The notes under the pieces are model-generated. The model worked only from the letters and a program-made list of their open reading frames with translations, had not been told where the DNA came from and ran no database searches. The position numbers were made by a program, and so were the translations under genes. From an uncultured Collinsella sp. (GTDB lineage: Bacteria > Actinomycetota > Coriobacteriia > Coriobacteriales > Coriobacteriaceae), in the NCBI GenBank assembly GCA_902493895.1, contig CABUQW010000003.1, positions 13,997 through 77,996 on the forward strand: 64,000 bases of DNA. The letters run 5' to 3'. Of this stretch, positions 59,007-64,000 are shown one piece after another. The stretch's first letter is position 1; the number at the start of each line of letters is the position of its first letter.

Positions 59007-59690
59007 TGACAAGTGTAGTGCTACCCAACTGGCAGAGATAACAAAAAGGCGATGCAGATGCACGTAGCATTCAGGCGGTTCGGACTCGGTGCCTTCACGC
59101 CATCGCAACGCTTTCAGATATAGTTCTCGTTCTCTTACTAAAGGAAACTTTAGTCTACGTCATCTTGTCGAGACAGAGGTGAAGCGAAGTGTTGTCGCGA
59201 CGTATCTTATTCCAGGTGGCTCAGTATCAGCGTGAGAATCGCACCAAAGTGTACTTACGATTCTCGTGTCCCACGGACAACATGAGCTGAGCATTGAGGT
59301 TCCACCCTTTGCTGCAACTACACGGGGTTGGACGGCAATGAATATGCCGGGCCGCATACCACGCGCAGCGGGGGTCCATGTCCCAGTATGTTGCCTACAG
59401 CAGCCTCGATGTCCACGCACACATCATCTCTGCCTTCGCGTTCAATCCATTTGCCGGAGAGTGCGAGGGTTGCCAGGCCGTAGAATTCGAGCCGAACAAA
59501 TGAAATGCGGTATCAGCGCATAGGATTAAACTGACGATTGCTTTGCACTGAGAATACGCTTGGAAAGCCGCTATGGGTGGCGGCCCAGGTTAAATAGAGA
59601 AGCCCGTCCGATCACTTTCATGTGGCGAGCGGTCGGGCTTCTTATTCCACTTGCCAATGCTCGGCTCATATTGGAAGAAAGCTACGCTAA

Positions 59691-60992
59691 TGGGGGGTGC
59701 GGACAGAAAGTTGGACCGCGGGGCGGTCCGGACTGGAGGTTCGCATGTACAGCAGGGAGAAGGTCGAGCTCTTCCTCCTGGCGACGGAGGACGGCATGGG
59801 GCCGACCGCCGCCGCGGAGTTCGCGGGGGTCTCGGTGGGCGCGGCCAAGAAGTGGGCGACGGGGCGCCTCCCGCACAGCTACACCGGGGCGCGCTGTAGA
59901 ATCGGGGCGAGGAAACCGCCACGGAAGGAGGCCAGCTTGGGCCCCGACAAGTCGATCTACGCCCCGCCGGCGACCGGCCCGCTCGCCGGGCTCAACGAGG
60001 ACCAGATAGAGAACCTGCTGCTCAGGGCGGTGTTGGCCGACCTAAAAGCGGAAGGGTGGGACCCGGCTTCGATCTCGAACAGGAGCAAGTGCGAGCTCGG
60101 CGAGAGATTGAGGCGGGCGACCGCCCTGCCCCTCCGCTCGATCACAGGTTTCTTGAGGATATCGAAGAGCTCCTATGAGTACTGGAGGCCCCGCGTCGCC
60201 GCGCCGCGCGACCGCGACGCCGACATACGCGACCGCGTGGTGCGCATCTTCCGCGAGGGCTCGGGGTGCTGGGGGTACCGCACCGTCTGGGCGCGCCTGC
60301 GCCGCGAGGGCGTCCGGGCCAGCGAGAAGCGCGTGGCCCGCGTGATGCGCGAGGAGGGCCTCGAGGTCGTCTACAACAAGAGGCGCGCCCGGGGCTACAG
60401 CTCCTACGCCGGCGAGGTCTCCAAGGCGCCGGAGAACCTCGTGAACAGGAGGTTCCGCGCCGACGAGCCCAACCGGCTGTGGCTCACCGACATCACCGAG
60501 TTCAGGCTCCCGGGCGGCGAGAAGGTCTACCTGAGCCCGATCGTCGACTGCTTCGACGGGATGCCCGTCGCCTGGTCGATCGGGCTGCACCCCGACAAGC
60601 GCCTCGCGAACTCGAGCCTGCTCAAGGCCTGCGCGGCGAGGCCGGCGGGGGTGCGCACGACGATCCACTCGGACCGGGGCGGCCACTACCGCTGGCCGGA
60701 GTGGATCGGGATCTGCGAGGAGAACGGCCTGGTCAGGAGCATGTCCGCGAAGGGCTGCAGCCCGGACAACTCGGCCTGCGAGGGCTTCTTCGGGCGCCTC
60801 AAGAACGAGTTCTTCCACTACAGGGACTGGGAGGGCGTGACGGCCGAGGAGTTCATGGGAAGGCTCGAGGCCTACCTCGTGTACTATCGTGAGGAGCGGA
60901 TCAAGAAGTCCCTCGGGTGGCTGAGCCCGATGGAGTACCGCAGGAAGCTTGGATACGCCTAGGCGCGGTCCAAGAAATCGTCCGCACCCCCA
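59691..60992 (+). mobile_element. IS3-family insertion sequence (~1.3 kb)
   Basis: Imperfect terminal inverted repeats TGGGGG(G)TGCGGAC..TTGGACCGCG at both ends, with TG...CA termini. It is markedly GC-rich relative to its AT-rich flanks. I could not identify a target-site duplication. Confidence 0.8.
59745..60962 (+). CDS. IS3-family transposase (HTH + rve/DDE integrase core in one frame)
   Basis: rve-type core (WLTDITEF, SDRGGHY, CSPDNSACEGFFGRLKNE) and an N-terminal HTH region. ATG 59745 is preceded by GGAGG. Confidence 0.9.
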   Translation: MYSREKVELFLLATEDGMGPTAAAEFAGVSVGAAKKWATGRLPHSYTGARCRIGARKPPRKEASLGPDKSIYAPPATGPLAGLNEDQIENLLLRAVLADLKAEGWDPASISNRSKCELGERLRRATALPLRSITGFLRISKSSYEYWRPRVAAPRDRDADIRDRVVRIFREGSGCWGYRTVWARLRREGVRASEKRVARVMREEGLEVVYNKRRARGYSSYAGEVSKAPENLVNRRFRADEPNRLWLTDITEFRLPGGEKVYLSPIVDCFDGMPVAWSIGLHPDKRLANSSLLKACAARPAGVRTTIHSDRGGHYRWPEWIGICEENGLVRSMSAKGCSPDNSACEGFFGRLKNEFFHYRDWEGVTAEEFMGRLEAYLVYYREERIKKSLGWLSPMEYRRKLGYA

Positions 60993-61008
60993 TGTTTGCG
61001 TGACACTC

Positions 61009-61116
61009 CTATTTTCTCCGAAGAAAGAGTCGGATAATGAAGAATAGAATTAAAAAAGGTGCCAGATATAACGCAAGTATAAAGGCTAATCCAACGAGAC
61101 CTTGCAATAATGGCAT
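61009..61116 (-). CDS. Possible 35 aa hydrophobic peptide (MPLLQGLVGLAFILALYLAPFLILFFIIRLFLRRK)
   Basis: Own translation. ATG is preceded by GGGAGGAG. It has a single TM-like segment with a basic tail and lies downstream of the precursor genes. It is below the ORF-track cutoff. Confidence 0.35.
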   Translation of the reverse strand: MPLLQGLVGLAFILALYLAPFLILFFIIRLFLRRK

Positions 61117-61194
61117 AACTCCTCCCAGACACGAGATTTTGGTATTTGTTCCCATCTTATTCTGAATTGGACCAAATAGTTCCTAGCCACAAAA

Positions 61195-61374
61195 CTACTC
61201 GTCAACTGGATCGCACCAATCTGCTGGCAAAACACAGCTTGATTCTTTATCGACATAGCACCAATCCGCAACAGGGCACTCGGCGATGTCGTAAAAATTG
61301 CATATATCAACTCCAAGACAACAAGGCTCAACGGGAGGATGTTCATTTGAGCCAACAGGATGGATATGCTTCAT
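61195..61374 (-). CDS. RiPP precursor peptide A (59 aa): MKHIHPVGSNEHPPVEPCCLGVDICNFYDIAECPVADWCYVDKESSCVLPADWCDPVDE
   Basis: Own translation. ATG is preceded by AAGGTGAGGAG. It shares the MKHIHP N-terminus and the C.LG..DIC..YD block with peptide B and lies next to the rSAM/SPASM gene. It is not in the ORF track (under 60 aa), and the overlapping 89 aa track ORF is in another frame. Confidence 0.65.
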   Translation of the reverse strand: MKHIHPVGSNEHPPVEPCCLGVDICNFYDIAECPVADWCYVDKESSCVLPADWCDPVDE

Positions 61375-61404
61375 AACAGCTCCTCACCTTAATCCAATTA
61401 GAGA

Positions 61405-61608
61405 CTACGTTTGATCAATGCCACAGTGATCTACAACGCAGATGCTGCCGCCATCCATGTCATAGTCGCAGTAATCGTATGCACCACAGCCATCTGCTTT
61501 ATCATAAACAGTACAGATGTCAGTAATGCCCAAGAGGCAGTCAAAAGACATCGGCTTCACGCCTGCCTCGTCGCCACTTCCTGGATTAATCGGATGAATA
61601 TGCTTCAC
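61405..61608 (-). CDS. RiPP precursor peptide B (67 aa): (M)KHIHPINPGSGDEAGVKPMSFDCLLGITDICTVYDKADGCGAYDYCDYDMDGGSICVVDHCGIDQT
   Basis: GTG 61608 is preceded by AGGGAGG with 5 nt spacing. The track ORF (to 61656) is probably over-extended. Paralogous to peptide A. Confidence 0.65.
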   Translation of the reverse strand: MKHIHPINPGSGDEAGVKPMSFDCLLGITDICTVYDKADGCGAYDYCDYDMDGGSICVVDHCGIDQT

Positions 61609-61777
61609 GACTACCTCCCTTTGAGTGCAGAAAAACCTCAATATTGTGTATAACAAACCAAGATGTCTAGTTCACCATATTTCTAGAATGGTTTCGGCGA
61701 ACGTAGCAATAAGCTTTGCAGACGGTAATCAGAAGAACGAACACCTCCACAATGGTGACAGCAATGCGCTGAACCGC

Positions 61778-62353
61778 TTATTCCGATACAGTAGCTTCTC
61801 GTTGATTTTTCTCCTGCGAAGATGAGTGGCGGGAAATAAGGTCAAAAGCCATCTCGTAGCACATTTTTCTATATTCACATGATGCAGGGTGTAGACTCTT
61901 GGGCAAGTAGCCGTGCTCGTCTGCAGCCTCCCAGCTACAGCCCCCACCACAGAAAGACCGAGCCCAACAGTCCGTACAGTCAATTCTTTTTTCGACACCC
62001 TGACTCCAGTTTTCAATATACCTAGTTTCGTCAATTCCGGTGACGATGTTGCCCATTTTGAATCGCATCATCCCGACAAACCTGTGACAGGGGTATACGT
62101 CCCCTTCGGGAGTCACGGAAATAAAACGCCTGCCAGCCCCGCATCCGACAAAGGCGATCCTGTTGCTCATAATCAAATCAACTGCAGTTTTCAATGTTCT
62201 AAACAAGGGCTTTTCCCCTTGATCAATCTGTTTGAGATATTGATCCGCCAAATCTATTAGGCCCGCCCTGATTTTGTTTAATGAGTGTTCGTCGAGTTTG
62301 ATATTCTCATCGAATGAGCTCACGGGCGAGAAGTAAATCCTTCTGAAGCCCAT
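61778..62353 (-). CDS. C-terminal (SPASM) part of a radical-SAM peptide maturase, separated from the N-terminal part by an in-frame TAA
   Basis: CGAGRRFISVTPEGDVYPC and the CTDCWARSFCGGGC (Cx2Cx5Cx3C) SPASM motifs. It is in the same reading frame as 62357-63166. Confidence 0.8.
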   Translation of the reverse strand: MGFRRIYFSPVSSFDENIKLDEHSLNKIRAGLIDLADQYLKQIDQGEKPLFRTLKTAVDLIMSNRIAFVGCGAGRRFISVTPEGDVYPCHRFVGMMRFKMGNIVTGIDETRYIENWSQGVEKRIDCTDCWARSFCGGGCSWEAADEHGYLPKSLHPASCEYRKMCYEMAFDLISRHSSSQEKNQREATVSE

Positions 62354-62356
62354 CTC

Positions 62357-63166
62357 TTAAAACTGAAGATAGTCTTCAACAAGGTTACAGTTATTATTTG
62401 TTAAGGTCGCTCTTGCGCCGAAGGGGAACGACTCGGAAAAACGACGAACGTTTTTGTCGATATCGGAGAAAGAGCCGCCTCCCGTCTTGTACGGGCGCGA
62501 TGCATCGTGCTTGCATCCTGTACCATCGAGACTAATCAGAACAGAAAACCCGTGCTCCTTGAAAGAATTCACAGCAGTGTCATTCAAAAGCGTTCCGTTG
62601 GTCGTAATAGAATAGGTAAAGTTTCTATTGGGGTATATTCTTTTTGAATAGTCGACCGTTTTCCATATCAGCGGCTCGTTAATCATGGGTTCCCCACCAA
62701 AAAAGACGATCGCAAGCGTTTCGTTTTCCGATGAACTTGCGACGAGGTAGTCGACCGCCTTGAAGGCTATCTCGTCTGTCATCAGCAGAGGAGACGTTCC
62801 ATAATCTCCTTTACCGGCAAAACAGTAACTACAACCAAGGTTGCATGCATGTGAAACGTGGAGTTCGATGGATCTAAGTTTTCGAGGCGTGTCTTTTGTT
62901 AAGAAAGTCCGCTCAGACAATCGTTGATACTCATCAATGTCGTCTTCAAGTTCTGCTATGGTCGTTTGGTCGTAGCCTTTCGCAGCAAGTGACTTTGTTA
63001 GCAACTTCGAGTTGACCGTTCTTCCCGATGCTTCAAATATGCGAAGCGCATCTTCTGATGCTTGGTCAACCTGAAAGCAATTGCGAGTGACCTCATCGAA
63101 GCAGTAACGACGATCACTTACTGAGAAAAAATGCATACGTTCCTCAATTTCATGCTGGACTGGCAC
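62357..63166 (-). CDS. N-terminal part of a radical-SAM peptide maturase (RRE-like leader-binding region + CxxxCxxC core)
   Basis: HVSHACNLGCSYCFA (Cx3Cx2C) and a GGEP motif, with ~90 aa before the cluster as in RiPP rSAM enzymes. It ends ..VEDYLQF-TAA-E-MGFRR.., which continues in frame into 61778-62353. Confidence 0.8.
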   Translation of the reverse strand: MPVQHEIEERMHFFSVSDRRYCFDEVTRNCFQVDQASEDALRIFEASGRTVNSKLLTKSLAAKGYDQTTIAELEDDIDEYQRLSERTFLTKDTPRKLRSIELHVSHACNLGCSYCFAGKGDYGTSPLLMTDEIAFKAVDYLVASSSENETLAIVFFGGEPMINEPLIWKTVDYSKRIYPNRNFTYSITTNGTLLNDTAVNSFKEHGFSVLISLDGTGCKHDASRPYKTGGGSFSDIDKNVRRFSESFPFGARATLTNNNCNLVEDYLQF

Positions 63167-63652
63167 TAACCTTGTTTATTGTTGCGCAGCTATAAAAAAC
63201 CACCAGCGGGGATTCGGTGTGCGGCCCAATCGGACTCCCAAAAGGTTCTATTTGAGACTGGCAAGCTTTGTGTTGTTGGCACTTCGACAGCGCTCTTTAT
63301 TCCAACATGGAGCCTCGCAGTTTGAGTCGACTTGCCTCTGGAAGGTCCGATCTTAACTTGATTTAGGATGAAAACAGATTACAGGCGCGCTCCTCTAGAA
63401 AGAAAGGAAACCAATCGCCGCCTTTCACCAGGAAAGTTTTTATAGCCCACCTCGAGCAAAATGAAAGATGCGAGAGCGATTGGGGAACAACGCGAATCTC
63501 CCCTTTTGGGTGGGAGCGAGCCTTCAGCCACCGGCGAACGACTCGCCCTGGTCAGAATCTGGAAGTGGTGCCGGGCCGCTTGGGCCTTCCCGGTGACTTC
63601 GTGGGGCTTACCTGCCTGACGTCGAGGAGTACATCCGCAAGATTCGTTCCCT

Positions 63653-64000
63653 ATGCCGTTTGCTCTCACGCCCGCCTTAGTTCCAAGTCGGGCGAGCCGC
63701 CGCGCTCATGCGACCCGTGGCGGCGACACGTCGACGCCGCGCTCGCTGAGCACATCTTCGGTCGCGGGCGAGCACGAGGTCGCGCCGGCGCATCCGCTGG
63801 GACTGCTGTGCGTGCAAAACGGCTACGTGGTGAGCGTCCCGCGCTGGATTCAGCCGAGTGAGGAAGGCGTTGAGATCGGCGCGCTGGCAACGGGGGAGGG
63901 CGGCATCACCGACGACGTCGGCGACGATGTCTCGGCCCGCCATGCCCATATCTGGTGCGATGCTCAAAATATCTGGCACGTCGAGGACTTGTCGTCCACC
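63653..64000 (+). pseudogene. Truncated second copy of the FHA-protein gene 3' region (runs off the window)
   Basis: The frame translates to ..HATRGGDTSTPRSL..APAHPLGLLCVQNGYVVSVPRWIQPSEEGVEIGALATGEG..DVGDDVSARHAHIWCDAQNIWHVEDLSST, paralleling residues ~180-267 of the 56096-57034 product. The last 87 nt are identical to 56810-56896. The frame is closed upstream by TGA at 63617. Confidence 0.6.

Noticed and set aside
59160-59523. ORFs of 85-86 aa on both strands between the ABC exporter and the IS element.
   Set aside because: They have no RBS, no recognisable family and implausible composition. A start-less minus-strand frame (..LEFYGLATLALSGKWIEREGRDDV..) looks more like a gene remnant than an intact gene, and I could not identify it.
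61086-61355. An 89 aa track ORF on the minus strand overlapping precursor peptide A.
   Set aside because: It starts at a TTG without an RBS and is out of frame with the SD-preceded MKHIHP.. ORF that has a paralog next door. It is probably spurious.
63461-63619. A 52 aa ORF (MKDARAIGEQRES..) in the same frame as, and directly upstream of, the truncated FHA copy.
   Set aside because: It is separated from the FHA-like frame by a TGA and shows no clear similarity to the intact FHA protein's N-terminal part. It most likely belongs to the decayed junction rather than being a gene.

Overview
The window is 64 kb of high-GC Gram-positive chromosome. Operon architecture points to Actinomycetota, probably Coriobacteriia-like (inference only). 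Most of it is conserved core: nadA(partial)-nadB-nadC-niaR, a ferredoxin, dnaK-grpE-dnaJ-hspR, an aconitase-family hydratase and clpB. Further on come a TetR regulator with a large Fe-S flavoprotein, hypA, a mannose-family PTS (IIAB-IIC-IID-DUF956) and a sugar operon (TIM-barrel isomerase, PTS EIIBC, DeoR, epimerase, rpiB, LacI). The core continues with the actinobacterial cell-wall signalling cluster (STPK-fhaA-fhaB-pstP-rodA::pbpA-pknB), dnaX-ybaB-recR and a second kinase/FHA module. Three visibly AT-richer accessory patches interrupt the core. (1) 11.7-13.7 kb holds two membrane-anchored hypothetical genes framed by four copies of a 30-36 bp palindromic repeat. (2) 27.8-31.2 kb is a decayed islet at tRNA-Arg(CCU), bounded by a duplicated tRNA 3' end, that carries an HTH-fused C5 DNA methyltransferase and an EcoRII-family endonuclease. 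(3) 57.0-63.7 kb is a low-GC island containing the most interesting candidate in the window: a radical-SAM/SPASM RiPP cluster. It has two short precursor ORFs below the ORF-track length cutoff. They share an MKHIHP leader, and every Cys in their cores is followed 2-5 residues later by Asp. An ABC exporter, a GC-rich IS3 insertion and an in-frame TAA inside the maturase complete the island, which is bracketed by a duplicated 3' end of an FHA gene. Putative regulatory motifs (HspR, TetR, LacI and DeoR-type) and several structured intergenic repeats are also reported. Many long ORFs antisense to real genes are high-GC artefacts and are rejected.
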